From contig CAYGGA010000003.1 of NCBI GenBank assembly GCA_964349395.1, positions 1,424 to 65,423 on the forward strand: 64,000 nt of DNA, read 5' to 3'. Below the pieces are notes generated by a model. That model was not told where the DNA came from, made no database searches, and saw nothing but the letters and a program-made list of their open reading frames with translations. Positions 18,243 through 29,064 of the stretch are shown piece by piece (the first letter of the stretch is position 1; every line of letters starts with the position of its first letter). This stretch comes from an uncultured Gammaproteobacteria bacterium (GTDB taxonomy: Bacteria; Patescibacteriota; Microgenomatia; Woykebacterales; RBG-16-39-9b). The translations under genes and the position numbers were made by a program.

Positions 18243-19363
18243 GAAATCGCCTCTCTATATATAGTATCTAGCCTGTCTACTATTTTGGTCCAATTGTATT
18301 TCTCGGCAACGTCTGTAGATGCATTATTGATCAAATTTTGAGTGGCTTTCTTATCTCCTAAAATGGTAATTACTTTTTCCGCCAAGTCCTTTGAATTCTC
18401 AGTGTCAAAAAGCAGACCAGTTTCTCCGTCCCTCACTATCTCGGGTATGGCTGTGTTGTTTGCGGCGACCACTGGTATTCCAGCAGCAAAGGCTTCAATC
18501 ATAACGATCCCAAATGCTTCGCTTCTCGAGGGCAAGCAAAAAAGATCACTTACTTTATACGCACCTAAAAGTTGGGGTCGCGTCACCTTTCCGGCAAAAA
18601 TAACCTGTTCTGTCAACCCCAAATCCTGGGTGGTTTTTTCGAAAAATGCTTTTTCCCCAAAATCCGGTCCGACTACTAAAAGCTTGACTTCCTTGTCCTT
18701 CTCTAAAACTCTCGGAAGAGCTCGAAGAAGTGTATCCACACCTTTATGCGCTGTTAACCTCCCGACAAAGAGAATCACTTTATGATCACGTAAATTGTAT
18801 TTGTCCCAGAAAGAGGTGTCTGCTCCCCCAAATTCTGCCACATCGACTCCAATAGGCAAGACTTCAAATCTTTTTACAGTTACCTTCTCTTTTTCAATAA
18901 GACTTTTTTCGAAATTGGAGATCACAATGGTAGTCTCAGCATTAAAAGCTAGTTTACCAATCGTACGATTATGTAACCTACCTAAAGAAGTAGTACCAAA
19001 CATCCCTGCGTAAGGTGAAAAAATGTAAGGAGTTCTTTTTATTTTTTGTAAAACAGCAGCCAGGTCAGTAGTAAATCTTTTATTAGCATGCAAATGCCAA
19101 AGATCAAAACTACTTCCTAACAACTTTAGAGCCATGCTTGGGACTACTGGTGAAAACGGACCTTTTCTAACTCCTGGCACAGTCCACAATCTTTCTACTT
19201 TTACACTATTAACAATGTTTGAGTAATCAGTATCTAGATTGGAAGTAAAAACTGTAACTTCATGGCCCAGGTTCATCACTAGTCTTTCGGAGTATTGTTT
19301 GACTGTTTCTTCCACACCACCTATGGAAGGATAATAACGTGGGGTGACTTGTAAAATTTTCAT
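18239..19363 (-). CDS. Glycosyltransferase family 4
   Basis: SRSEAFGIVMIEAFAAGIPVVAANNTAIPEIVRDGETG. Confidence 0.75.
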   Translation of the reverse strand: MKILQVTPRYYPSIGGVEETVKQYSERLVMNLGHEVTVFTSNLDTDYSNIVNSVKVERLWTVPGVRKGPFSPVVPSMALKLLGSSFDLWHLHANKRFTTDLAAVLQKIKRTPYIFSPYAGMFGTTSLGRLHNRTIGKLAFNAETTIVISNFEKSLIEKEKVTVKRFEVLPIGVDVAEFGGADTSFWDKYNLRDHKVILFVGRLTAHKGVDTLLRALPRVLEKDKEVKLLVVGPDFGEKAFFEKTTQDLGLTEQVIFAGKVTRPQLLGAYKVSDLFCLPSRSEAFGIVMIEAFAAGIPVVAANNTAIPEIVRDGETGLLFDTENSKDLAEKVITILGDKKATQNLINNASTDVAEKYNWTKIVDRLDTIYREAIS

Positions 19364-19375
19364 TTGAGACCTCTT

Positions 19376-20920
19376 CTAGCGCCAAGTGTAAAGATAAAAT
19401 CCATTCTTTAGTTTTGTTTCCTGACAAGGGCCATGTTGTTTTAGTAAATCTTTCTGACAAGGCACCAATTGCTGTTGATGATCTAGTAGCAAACCCTTCT
19501 CCTCCAGTGGTGCTGTGTTTACTAAACGTCGGTACTCAGGGTAACGAGCCTCGATAGGCGGATTGTCTCTCGTAGCGGCGATTATTTCTTCCCCTGATTC
19601 TAAAACCAGGTGGTAAGAAACCAAGGCATGAGTATCCACATACTTGATGTTTTTTTCTCTTAGGGTCTGGATGGTTTCTTTTAGGTCAACCTGGGAGACA
19701 AAGGAACCTACAGGAACTTGAGTTAGACCAAAAATTTGGGTTCCTAAAACAATCAAGTAGAGTCCCATGGCTAAGCCTTTATTAAATCTTTCTTTTATTT
19801 CTTTAACCAGAAAAACTATTAAAATAGGGAGCGCAGTGTAAAGTGGGCCAATATAACGTGGCTCCTCAATGAATTGGTTGAAGGGAGAAGAAAAACTAAA
19901 AATTATAAAAACTGAAAGCGAAAAAAGTAAAATTAAATCCACTGGCTGCAAACTGAAAGCGATTTTTAACCTCGGAGTTAAGGTAATTAGTCCAAAAGAC
20001 AAAGTTTTCAAAACATCCAGTAGTCTTTTCACTAGCAACCACCCGAACGCAAGTAGGTAGATACCACTTACCAAATAAGTAAGCAGGGTAGAGAAATCCA
20101 CTCGGGAAAAAGGCTTTCTAAGCCCAAACATAATCGGCAGGCCCACGGTAAAAAACTCCACCATGGCTTTTTTCACTCCAAACGGTTTATGGAAAAGAGA
20201 TTGGGTATTGAGATTTGAATGATTGATGTTAAAAACAATTACGGTCAGGCTACCTAGAACAAACCCTAGAATTCCTGCTAAAAATAGCCTAGTTAAAAAA
20301 ATCTTCGGTTTCCAAAAAAAGACAAAGGCTGCTGAAGGCAGCAAGTAGTAGATGATTGTGGGTTGCACCCAATAACCAAGCCCCGCAAAAATACCCATAA
20401 GGAAAAAAGAAACCGTCTGTGCTCTGGAATTTAGTTTGTCATAAACATTCTTGATAATCAGAATAAAAATTAGATTTCCAAAAACCATGGTCTCCGGGTA
20501 CCCAGTACCAGCGCGAGTCGTCCAATTCATCCAAAAGGGGCTAGTTATGGCAGTTAACAGAAGAGATAAAAGAGCATAGTTTCTCGAGTTAAAAACCAAC
20601 TTTGCTAGAAAGTAAGAACTAAAAAGAAAACCAATGGAAAAAAGAAAGATAGGTAATTTTACTAAGTAATCATGAATTCCAAAGAGTCCAAAAAAGGCCG
20701 CTGTAACAAACGCACTCAAAGTCCCAGTGTAGTTTTGATTGTAATAAAAAACACTCCTCTCCCCTTGCAGGATATTTAAGGCCTGGACGCCATAAACTGC
20801 TTCATCCGCACTCAGCCTAGTTTCTGGAGCCATCATATAATAAAGTCTTAAACCAATCCCAACTAAGAGAATGATCCAAAACCCAATTTTGAAATTTAGG
20901 GGGGTTAATTTAAAACTCAT
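19376..20920 (-). CDS. GT-C glycosyltransferase (ArnT/PMT-like, GT39/GT83); polyprenyl-phosphate-sugar dependent
   Basis: TM1, then loop motif RLSADEAVYGVQALNILQG (DE motif). More than 10 TM helices. 514 aa. Confidence 0.55.
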   Translation of the reverse strand: MSFKLTPLNFKIGFWIILLVGIGLRLYYMMAPETRLSADEAVYGVQALNILQGERSVFYYNQNYTGTLSAFVTAAFFGLFGIHDYLVKLPIFLFSIGFLFSSYFLAKLVFNSRNYALLSLLLTAITSPFWMNWTTRAGTGYPETMVFGNLIFILIIKNVYDKLNSRAQTVSFFLMGIFAGLGYWVQPTIIYYLLPSAAFVFFWKPKIFLTRLFLAGILGFVLGSLTVIVFNINHSNLNTQSLFHKPFGVKKAMVEFFTVGLPIMFGLRKPFSRVDFSTLLTYLVSGIYLLAFGWLLVKRLLDVLKTLSFGLITLTPRLKIAFSLQPVDLILLFSLSVFIIFSFSSPFNQFIEEPRYIGPLYTALPILIVFLVKEIKERFNKGLAMGLYLIVLGTQIFGLTQVPVGSFVSQVDLKETIQTLREKNIKYVDTHALVSYHLVLESGEEIIAATRDNPPIEARYPEYRRLVNTAPLEEKGLLLDHQQQLVPCQKDLLKQHGPCQETKLKNGFYLYTWR

Positions 20921-22398
20921 TTAAGTCCTTTTTTCTTGGCGAGTAGTCTTACCCCATCATCTACCAAAACCTCATAAGTGCCTAGACTCCTAATTTCTTT
21001 TTTAAAACTTTCTAAAGCTTCGTATTTGTAAAAAGAATCTGAGGTTTCTAGATTTGTTAAAACTAAATAATCAGGGCTCTGCCTACCCAATAAACTGGGT
21101 TCGAACGAATAAATCTCTTTTCTCTGGCTTAGGTGAGGTACCCACGAGGACTGCGCTCCCACACTCACATCCGAGGGAATCATTTTCAAAACTTCATAGT
21201 TTTTCTTCAAATCCTGCGATAACTCGTAGGATTTCGGGTTGATAATTCTCGTCAAGGGACCATTATTGCGGTAAGTAAAGTAAAGAGGTGAAATAATCAG
21301 CACAATCGATACTACAGGTAGGAGATAACTACTCACCTTATCTTTGATTTTTAACTTCCTTGAGACCCATAAGAGATTAGAAATAGCATTGATTGTTGCA
21401 ATTGCAAAGATCACGCCCAAAATAGCTGAATACTGGAACCGGATGATCCACCGCTGAATCAAGGTTGTCAAGAATCTTTCGGCAATGTTAGGAAAAGTTA
21501 AGACCAAAGTTTCTGGACTAAGCAGAGGCAGAAAAGCAAAAGAACCAATCAAATTGAAGGTTGTTTTGATCTTGATTAAATGGTCATCATAAAAAGCAGC
21601 CTTAGCTACGAGAAAGGGATTGGTAATGGATTTTACGACTAGATCTAAGCCAGTTTTACCAATCTCAGGAGGCAAGTGTTCATAAGCAAAAATGTCTTTC
21701 TTAAAGAAAGGAATAATATAACTAGTGATTATAAAGTAGCTAGCAAGTCCTACTCCGACGGTAATTAGCCCGATTTTATAGAGTCTCAATCGAATCACTC
21801 CATAAACTCCTAACATCGCTACGTATAGAGGCATATCTTCTTTGACCAAAAGACTCAGACCAATCATCAGGAAATAAAGTTTGATCCTTTTGTCATGCAG
21901 AAAAAGAATTGCAAAAGCAAATAGTGGCAAACCAAAGGCAATTTCATGAAAATCATAATCAATCAGCGTCTGCACCCCAATGAAGGTCAGGTAGGCAAAT
22001 GCAATTGCCAGCCCAAAATATTTTTTCTTGAATCGATTGACGGCTAGTTGGTACAATGGCCAAGCAGCAATGCCCACCGCTAACGCTTGAGCTACCAGAA
22101 TTCCAGACACATCTTTCCATATCCAATAGATCGGAGCTAAGAAAACCAAGATGGGATGGAAATGGTCACCAAGTAAATTGGCCCCAGGAGTCGTGCCAAA
22201 TTTGACAGTGCTCATTGGGGCTTCAAAGTGTGAATAATGCCAGAGTGCTTGGTCAAAAATTCCTAGGTCCACAGCGTCGGTTTGAAAATGAAGGTGGCGG
22301 TTTATACTCCACAAAGCATAAACAACAATAAAAAAGGTGATTAGGAACAGAATTTCCCAATGCACTCTAATTTTAGGCCAAAGTTTCATCCTTTTCAT
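20917..22398 (-). CDS. DUF2079-family polytopic membrane protein
   Basis: Conserved HFHPILVFLAPIYWIW block. Multi-TM N-terminal half, extracytoplasmic C-terminal domain. Paralog of 25091-26569. Confidence 0.5.
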   Translation of the reverse strand: MKRMKLWPKIRVHWEILFLITFFIVVYALWSINRHLHFQTDAVDLGIFDQALWHYSHFEAPMSTVKFGTTPGANLLGDHFHPILVFLAPIYWIWKDVSGILVAQALAVGIAAWPLYQLAVNRFKKKYFGLAIAFAYLTFIGVQTLIDYDFHEIAFGLPLFAFAILFLHDKRIKLYFLMIGLSLLVKEDMPLYVAMLGVYGVIRLRLYKIGLITVGVGLASYFIITSYIIPFFKKDIFAYEHLPPEIGKTGLDLVVKSITNPFLVAKAAFYDDHLIKIKTTFNLIGSFAFLPLLSPETLVLTFPNIAERFLTTLIQRWIIRFQYSAILGVIFAIATINAISNLLWVSRKLKIKDKVSSYLLPVVSIVLIISPLYFTYRNNGPLTRIINPKSYELSQDLKKNYEVLKMIPSDVSVGAQSSWVPHLSQRKEIYSFEPSLLGRQSPDYLVLTNLETSDSFYKYEALESFKKEIRSLGTYEVLVDDGVRLLAKKKGLK

Positions 22399-22428
22399 TT
22401 TACATTAGGATCAGACAACCTGGCAATG

Positions 22429-23109
22429 TTAGTTGGTAAAACGGTACTTAACTAGTGTCCAAAGAGCTGCCACGCCATCATTCCATCTAATTTTCTTGCC
22501 TTCCCCTTTGGTACGTCCATTATATTGGATCGGTACTTCGTAAATTTTTACACCTTGTTTGGATAATTTGGCAGTGATCTCTGGGCAAAAATCAAACCGG
22601 TTACATTTTAGTTTTTGGTTTTTTAAAATTTCACTTTTAAAAACTTTATAGCAAGTGGCCTCATCCGTTATATTAATGAGATAAAGGACGTTAGCAGTCA
22701 TTGTTAAAATTTTGTTTGCTAACCAGTTGGCAAGGGCCATTCCTTTAATTGACCCTTTAAATCTGGACCCATAAACTACCTTGGCCCTCCCATCCTCGAT
22801 CGGTTTTACCAGTGAGTAGTAGTCTTGAGGGTTATACTCCATGTCCGCATCTTGAATCAGGATGATGTTCCCACTTGCTTCCTTAATACCGGTTCGAATC
22901 GCGGCCCCTTTGCCCATATTTTTGGTGTGGCTCACAACTTTGAGACTTTTTAGTTTAAACTTTTTTAGCTCCGGCAGGGAGCCATCAGACGAAAAATCAT
23001 TAACAACAATAATTTCTTTAGGGATTTTTACTTTATTAACTGCCTCAATCACCCGCCCAATATTTTTCTCTTCGTTATAGACAGGGATGATAACTGACAG
23101 ACGTGTCAT
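22429..23109 (-). CDS. GT2 glycosyltransferase, Dpm1/GtrB-like
   Basis: LSVIIPVYNEEKNI...IIVVNDFSSDGS. 226 aa. Confidence 0.7.
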   Translation of the reverse strand: MTRLSVIIPVYNEEKNIGRVIEAVNKVKIPKEIIVVNDFSSDGSLPELKKFKLKSLKVVSHTKNMGKGAAIRTGIKEASGNIILIQDADMEYNPQDYYSLVKPIEDGRAKVVYGSRFKGSIKGMALANWLANKILTMTANVLYLINITDEATCYKVFKSEILKNQKLKCNRFDFCPEITAKLSKQGVKIYEVPIQYNGRTKGEGKKIRWNDGVAALWTLVKYRFTN

Positions 23110-25034
23110 TGTGTCTCTCTTAGATAGAGTTTATCGGAGTGGAGTAAGTCTTTTGAGAAGTCATGTTTATCAATAACGTCACCCAGGTAATAAAGATGGT
23201 AGTCAGTTTTTAGCTGCGGATTACCATCCAAGATCTTCTGCCAATTTTCTGAAGCGATGGCCCTTCCGAAAACATAAGTTCCGATCTTTTTTACATTTAC
23301 ATACTCAAAATCAGTGACGGTAAATTGGTTAAAGTCCTTAAAAGTAAATCTGTGCCCCAACACAGAGATCAAGTCATTTTTCTCATTCGAGGTGCTAAAG
23401 ATAATTGAGTTTAAAGGTAACTGGCGGTCTATCTGAGCATAGATTGGGTCGACTTTTATAAATGCTGACTTATACCGATTCCAACCCTCATAGATAGTAG
23501 TTGGAGCACCTAAAACAATAAAAAGGACCATGGTTGAGGCCAAAAATACTTTAGCCCCTCTTCTTTTTTTATTGTTTTCCCAAAAATATCCTATTACCAA
23601 AGCAGAGATAACAGCCAGAGCAACTTGTGTTGGTATCAGGGATCTCATACTAATATTGTTATCATCTAAGGCCTTAACAAAGAAAATAACCCAGACAGGT
23701 ACGTAAAGAAAAAGCCCCCAGTAAAGAAGTTCTGTTTGGTAAAGCTTCTTTTTGTAAAACACCCAAGCGCCCAAAACAAAAGTAATAAACAATGGCCCAA
23801 ATTCGATCAGGAAAAAAAGGATTGCGGTCAAGGCCATATTTAGGGGACGGTAGTACCAAATATTATTGGGCAGAAACCAAAAGACGTTAGAGTGGAAAAT
23901 AAAATAGTGCCCTTTTTCACCCCCAATATAGAGGAGAAACATAGGTAAGGCTAGAAGAACTCCTATCCCACCAATGATAAAATTGTCCCTAATAAGAGAC
24001 TTTAGCTTTTCTTTTCTCTGCAAGAAACGGACTAAAAAATAAGCAACGTAAATCACCGCCACGGTCATGAAGACAAAGAAAGTGTAGCCTACCATTGCCG
24101 CTAAAATAAGGGCAATAAGGATTTTGGTGAGTAGCTTCTTCCTTTCAGAGGAGATGATCAAGAAGTAAAGTGGAATCACTAGTAAACCACCAAAAAGGTG
24201 TTGCGAAACCCAATAAAACAATGTTATGGGAGCCGAGATTTGGGTATGGATCGCAGGGTTCAATCCTACCCAATCTGTCCACCACTCTAAATGAGTATCT
24301 TTTATGCCTTTCCATTGCGCCAAAAAATATTCCAAACCAGAAGAAAAAGTAAATGCAAAAATCAACACAAATCTTTCCAAATAGGTACTAAAGATTTTAG
24401 TGGCAAGCAAGTGTATTAACCAGAGCATTAGGACAATCAAGATAACGGTATGAATAAACCAGCTCTCGTTTACCAGCACAAAGTTGTTGGTAAACTTAGT
24501 TAGCAGCCCACTAGGAATATGATTGAAGTAGTAAATTGTCATGTCACTGATTGGGAAGTTATAAAAAAGGGGTTGCTTAGGACTAATGGCAACCGAGGTG
24601 GTCTTTTGCATTCTGGGCTTGTCATCCCCAACCGGCAAAAAACCTTGAGGTAAACCTAATTTCCCAATCATAATCAACAGAAAAAAGCTGACTAGTAAGA
24701 AATAACCACCCCACTTGAATAGATCCCCAAAAGGCGATTTCTTGGTTTCTTTAAATGGGAAAACCTGATCACTATCAATCAAACTTTTGGGGAATTTTCT
24801 GCGAAAAATTTCAGCTAGACCCAAGGCCCCAAGAGCTAAAATAATCCAGCTTAACCCATTCAAAAGATCCAACTGGGCTAGAAACAAATAATAAAAAGGA
24901 GCTAGCAAAAGGGATAAAAGTAGGATAAAAAACGGATTTTTACTAAATTTACCAGTGAAAAGTCTCCCGAGGGCAAGACCAGGAAGTACGTAGATAGCAT
25001 TAATAAAGAGAAAAGCCAAAAGGTAATTGGTCAT
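23106..25034 (-). CDS. Large polytopic membrane protein, function unknown (possible polymerase or GT-C-like)
   Basis: More than 12 hydrophobic segments. No motif I recognise. 642 aa. Confidence 0.4.
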   Translation of the reverse strand: MTNYLLAFLFINAIYVLPGLALGRLFTGKFSKNPFFILLLSLLLAPFYYLFLAQLDLLNGLSWIILALGALGLAEIFRRKFPKSLIDSDQVFPFKETKKSPFGDLFKWGGYFLLVSFFLLIMIGKLGLPQGFLPVGDDKPRMQKTTSVAISPKQPLFYNFPISDMTIYYFNHIPSGLLTKFTNNFVLVNESWFIHTVILIVLMLWLIHLLATKIFSTYLERFVLIFAFTFSSGLEYFLAQWKGIKDTHLEWWTDWVGLNPAIHTQISAPITLFYWVSQHLFGGLLVIPLYFLIISSERKKLLTKILIALILAAMVGYTFFVFMTVAVIYVAYFLVRFLQRKEKLKSLIRDNFIIGGIGVLLALPMFLLYIGGEKGHYFIFHSNVFWFLPNNIWYYRPLNMALTAILFFLIEFGPLFITFVLGAWVFYKKKLYQTELLYWGLFLYVPVWVIFFVKALDDNNISMRSLIPTQVALAVISALVIGYFWENNKKRRGAKVFLASTMVLFIVLGAPTTIYEGWNRYKSAFIKVDPIYAQIDRQLPLNSIIFSTSNEKNDLISVLGHRFTFKDFNQFTVTDFEYVNVKKIGTYVFGRAIASENWQKILDGNPQLKTDYHLYYLGDVIDKHDFSKDLLHSDKLYLRETQ

Positions 25035-25090
25035 GATCTAATCATATTCGTTTGTGGTTAATGTCTGCAAACTCATTAATTCTTGCAGAA

Positions 25091-26569
25091 TTATAGTTTT
25101 TTTAACAAGGTTGTACCCTCTCGATCAAAAATCACTTCCCACTCGGGCAAGGTTTTTACGTAGTCGATCAGCTTGAGAAACTCCTCTTTGGTCTGTGGAC
25201 GCCAGTGAAAGGCGTTCGCTGACAGAAGTAAATACTCTGCTCTTTCAGGAATAGCATACTCTTCGGGCTTCGCCTCGGGAGGTAAATCCTCTTCGCGGTC
25301 ATCAGCAGCGTTGGAAGGATCAGGATATTTGAGGATGTGATCACGGTGGGAAAGGTGAGGCTGCAGGGCGGACTGAGTCCCAATACTTGCCTGAGGTGGA
25401 ACCAATTTTAAGGCTTCAAAAATTGCCCCACTTCCCTGAATAGGTATGTAAAAACCAACTTTCAAAAGGTTTAAAAGCGGCATTTGGTAAACTATAGTCA
25501 CTGCCAAAGTGAGGACTAACATGAGACTCACAACTATCTGAATATAACTTCTCTCCACGACATCCGGCAGTTTAAAAGGGGGGAGTATTTTACCTAGATT
25601 CACTAACCCAAAAATAGCTCCATAAGCTAGTATCGGCCCTTGGTTAGAAGAGTAATGCATCCAAGGAAGATGACGTTGCAAAGTGTCGTTTAAAAATCTT
25701 TCTGCCAAAAAAGGACTCAGAATCAGTAGGAAAGAAGGTGACAGTAATGGCAGAAAAGCAAAAGAAGCAAACATACTGATCATAGTTCGTAATTTTACTA
25801 ACGGGGTGAAAAAATAAACGACCGCTCTCACCGGATTTAAAATTGCGTTAACTATAATCTGCGTAGGTGAATCTCCTAGTTGAGAGACAAAATAACCATA
25901 TTTCCTCCCTACAAAATAGGGCATTATTTTATAAATCACCACATAGAAATAAAATAGGGAGATAAATAAAGTAGCCGCTCCAATTAGGTATTTTCTTTTG
26001 AAAAGTAGATAAACTCCTAAGACCATCCCAAATAAGGGGATATCTTCCTTGCAAATTAAGGCTAGTACCAACATTGGCCAGTAAAGAGCCCATTTTTCCT
26101 CCAAGACTGCGTAAATAGTCCAGGCGATAAAAACAATTGAAAAAGTGGCTAAGTGAAAAGGAAAGATAGTTCCTGCTTGAAAACCAAAGTAAAGTAAGTA
26201 ACCAATTATGAAAAGGATAGCCCAAATTTCTTTTACCTTGAGGTGTTTCTTAAAAGTTAGGTAAATCGGGATAGCACTTAAAACAATTGATAGGGTTTGC
26301 AGCAAAAGTAAAACTATCACTGAATCCCAGAGCCAGTACAGGGGTGCGATCAAAACTTCGATTAGCCCAAAATGGTCACCAAAAGCATTGTGGTCTTTGA
26401 AAGAGCTAATTGCCAATCTCCCCTGGGACAAAAACCAGATCTGCTGGTCATAAATGCCTAAGTCCGAATCAGTAGTGGAGTAATTGAAGTGAAGCCGGAG
26501 AATCAAAAATAAATAACCAATAAAAAAGGTTGTTAACACAATCCAAACTGGTTTATTGAGTCTTGCCAT
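25091..26569 (-). CDS. DUF2079-family polytopic membrane protein (paralog)
   Basis: GDHFGLIEVLIAPLYWLW corresponds to the HFHPILVFLAPIYWIW block of 20917-22398. Same size and TM layout. Confidence 0.5.
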   Translation of the reverse strand: MARLNKPVWIVLTTFFIGYLFLILRLHFNYSTTDSDLGIYDQQIWFLSQGRLAISSFKDHNAFGDHFGLIEVLIAPLYWLWDSVIVLLLLQTLSIVLSAIPIYLTFKKHLKVKEIWAILFIIGYLLYFGFQAGTIFPFHLATFSIVFIAWTIYAVLEEKWALYWPMLVLALICKEDIPLFGMVLGVYLLFKRKYLIGAATLFISLFYFYVVIYKIMPYFVGRKYGYFVSQLGDSPTQIIVNAILNPVRAVVYFFTPLVKLRTMISMFASFAFLPLLSPSFLLILSPFLAERFLNDTLQRHLPWMHYSSNQGPILAYGAIFGLVNLGKILPPFKLPDVVERSYIQIVVSLMLVLTLAVTIVYQMPLLNLLKVGFYIPIQGSGAIFEALKLVPPQASIGTQSALQPHLSHRDHILKYPDPSNAADDREEDLPPEAKPEEYAIPERAEYLLLSANAFHWRPQTKEEFLKLIDYVKTLPEWEVIFDREGTTLLKKL

Positions 26570-26584
26570 TCCAACTATTGTATA

Positions 26585-27706
26585 CTACTTCAAAAGGCGG
26601 TTAAAGACTGCGCTTGTTTCCTTCGCTGTTTTCTCCCATTTAAATGTGTCAGCTAAGTCTTGTCCCTTTTTCACTAAAGATTCTCTTAGTTTCCCATTTT
26701 TCAAAACTTCGCCGACACTGAGAGCTAGTTTCTCGGGATTGGTGACTTCGGTAAAATAGGCTGCCTTCCCTAAAAGCTCACCTAGAGAAGCCCGCTTTGA
26801 GGTAACCACGGGTACACCCGCTTTCATAGCTTCAAGCGGAGGAAACCCAAACCCTTCGTAAAGTGAGGGGTAAACAAATACTTTAGCATGCTGATACAGT
26901 GCGGGTAGATCAGTTTCGTCTATAAATCCGGGGAAAATCACTTTATCCTTTAATTTGTTTTTAATAATTTCAGTGATAATTTCTCTAAACGAAGACTGAC
27001 CACCTTTAGTCTCTTCACTCTTGCCACCTAAAACTAGCTTTAAATCCAAATTGCTGTTACTTATTAGGGCAAAAGCTCTGACCAACCCCAAGACATTTTT
27101 ATGAGGGCTAAAACCACCAATGTAAAAAATGTAATCGCCGCTAATTTTATACTTCTTCAAGGTCTCCTCTTTCCCCTTTTTCTCAAAATTATCTTCGATT
27201 CCTTCATAAGTGACGGTAATTTTTTCTGGATCAATATTTAGAATTTGAGAAATGTCTTTTTTCGAGTTTTGTGAAACAGTTAAAATATGAGTTGCTTTTC
27301 TGAGGGCGGCTTCTTGCAACTTAAAGTAGAGCACTTGTCTCGCCTTTAGAAGGGGATTAGAACTTAAAATCATTTCCGGGAACTTCCAAGGAATAACGTC
27401 ATGTAAAGTTACTACACTTAAAGGGACGCAGCTAAAAAACTCAGTATTATCGGGATGAAAAACCAAATCCAAGTTTGTCCCTTTAATAAGTCGGTTGAAG
27501 CGGAGGTGATCAGTTAAAACTTTTTTAGGTGGGAGCGGGAAAACTGAGGCCAAATCACCAAAACTACTAACTTTCTCAACATTGTCAGTAAGTAACACAT
27601 AGCTGTTAGTTGTGTCTACTTTTAATAGTTCCGAGACGAGGTTGCGGGTGTAGCGCTCTAAGGCTTTATTCGTCCCCAAAACTCGAACATCAATACCAAT
27701 CCTCAT
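26585..27706 (-). CDS. Glycosyltransferase family 4
   Basis: SLYEGFGFPPLEAMKAGVPVVTSKRASLGELLG. Confidence 0.75.
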   Translation of the reverse strand: MRIGIDVRVLGTNKALERYTRNLVSELLKVDTTNSYVLLTDNVEKVSSFGDLASVFPLPPKKVLTDHLRFNRLIKGTNLDLVFHPDNTEFFSCVPLSVVTLHDVIPWKFPEMILSSNPLLKARQVLYFKLQEAALRKATHILTVSQNSKKDISQILNIDPEKITVTYEGIEDNFEKKGKEETLKKYKISGDYIFYIGGFSPHKNVLGLVRAFALISNSNLDLKLVLGGKSEETKGGQSSFREIITEIIKNKLKDKVIFPGFIDETDLPALYQHAKVFVYPSLYEGFGFPPLEAMKAGVPVVTSKRASLGELLGKAAYFTEVTNPEKLALSVGEVLKNGKLRESLVKKGQDLADTFKWEKTAKETSAVFNRLLK

Positions 27707-27741
27707 ACCTACAAGTATAGCTAAATATTGGCGATCACGCT

Positions 27742-29064
27742 ATGATTTTAACTACCTTTATGTGGGAAAAACTAAAAGAAAATAAACTGGTTTTAATCCC
27801 TAGCTTGATTGGTCTTGTTACCCTTTTTTATGGCTTGGGAAGTCATTACCAAAAATTGGTCAGTGATGAAATGACCTTTTTTCTGAATGCCGATTTTCTC
27901 AAAGGAGACCCGTACTACCCTTACCTTATTCTTCCTGAAGGGATAGGCACTACTCACACTCTACTGCCTTATCTAATCGGCTTCTCACTCGAAATTTTTG
28001 GTTACACAATCTTCGGTCTTAGATTTGTTCCAGCTCTTTTTGGGCTTTTGGGAATTGCAGTTTTTTTCTTCTTGGTAAAAGGTATGGTCAACAAACACAG
28101 ATCCGCTTTGCTAGCCGCCACTTTATTGGCGCTTACTCATTGGTATATCGCAATTTCCCGAGTTGCGATTGAACTCTCTGAAATCCTCTTTTTTACGATC
28201 CTAAATCTATATTGTCTATCTTTGTTTTTAAATGTGGATCCCTCTACTGCCACTATTGGCAACTTTAAAATTAAGAAAAAGTATATCTTTATCCTCCTAA
28301 CTGGTCTGACCTTTGGACTAGTCCAACATACCTATCAATCAGCTCGAGTTTACTTACTTTTTTATATCCTTTTCTTCCCAATTTATTGGTGGGTGAAAAA
28401 AGTCCGCTTGAAAGAAATGGTCGTTTACAGTCTCCTTTTTGCCTTAGGTTTTATAATTACCCTCTCTCCTCTCATTTTTGCATACCTGCAGCACCCTGAA
28501 AGTTTTGACTCTCGGAAAGGGGAACTAGTCTTCTACCAAAACCTAGGCCCACAAGATTTGCTTTGGTCTCTCAAAGAAAGCACTTTTAGAACTTTAGGAA
28601 TGTTTCATTTTAGAGGTAGTGATGTTAGCTGTTACAATGTTCCCGCTAGACCCATGCTTGACCCTTACTCCAGTTTTTTCCTAATAATTGGCTTTGTCCT
28701 CGCTCTTAAAAATTTTAGAAGGGAAGTCAATTTAGTTTTATTACTTTTCTTTGCGGTAGCTTTAGTTCCCAGTATTATTTCTTATTGGCCAGCCGCCCCA
28801 CACGGCCTAAGAGCATCTGGAGTCATCATTCCGACCATGGTCTGGGTAGGTTTGGGACTAGAAAAAACCAGTCAATTATTTAAAAAGTACCAATGGATTT
28901 TTCTAATCTTCGCCCTCTTAATAATTGGCTATTTAAATCTAAAAACTTATTTTGTTGATCAGGCATCCTTACAAACAGACTGCTTTAGAATTGACGTGGG
29001 GGATTTCCAAAAATATAAGGATCAGTTCTTGGAGTTTACAGAAGGTGTAAAATATATCCGATGA
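27742..29064 (+). CDS. GT-C glycosyltransferase (ArnT/PMT-like, GT39/GT83)
   Basis: Loop-1 motif KLVSDEMTF after TM1, then multiple TM helices. 440 aa. Start uncertain because only 35 bp separate it from the divergent gene. Confidence 0.5.
   Translation: MILTTFMWEKLKENKLVLIPSLIGLVTLFYGLGSHYQKLVSDEMTFFLNADFLKGDPYYPYLILPEGIGTTHTLLPYLIGFSLEIFGYTIFGLRFVPALFGLLGIAVFFFLVKGMVNKHRSALLAATLLALTHWYIAISRVAIELSEILFFTILNLYCLSLFLNVDPSTATIGNFKIKKKYIFILLTGLTFGLVQHTYQSARVYLLFYILFFPIYWWVKKVRLKEMVVYSLLFALGFIITLSPLIFAYLQHPESFDSRKGELVFYQNLGPQDLLWSLKESTFRTLGMFHFRGSDVSCYNVPARPMLDPYSSFFLIIGFVLALKNFRREVNLVLLLFFAVALVPSIISYWPAAPHGLRASGVIIPTMVWVGLGLEKTSQLFKKYQWIFLIFALLIIGYLNLKTYFVDQASLQTDCFRIDVGDFQKYKDQFLEFTEGVKYIR

Noticed and set aside
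18342-18785. 147-aa plus-strand ORF
   Set aside because: It is antisense inside a GT4 gene that has clear GT-B motifs. The same applies to 56993-57469, 51884-52153, 53967-54236, and other short plus-strand ORFs embedded in minus-strand CDSs.
27707-27741. A 35-bp divergent intergenic region as a bidirectional promoter
   Set aside because: It is too short to hold two promoters. The start of the plus-strand GT-C gene is more likely downstream (for example the M at residue 7), so the apparent tight divergence is probably an annotation artefact.
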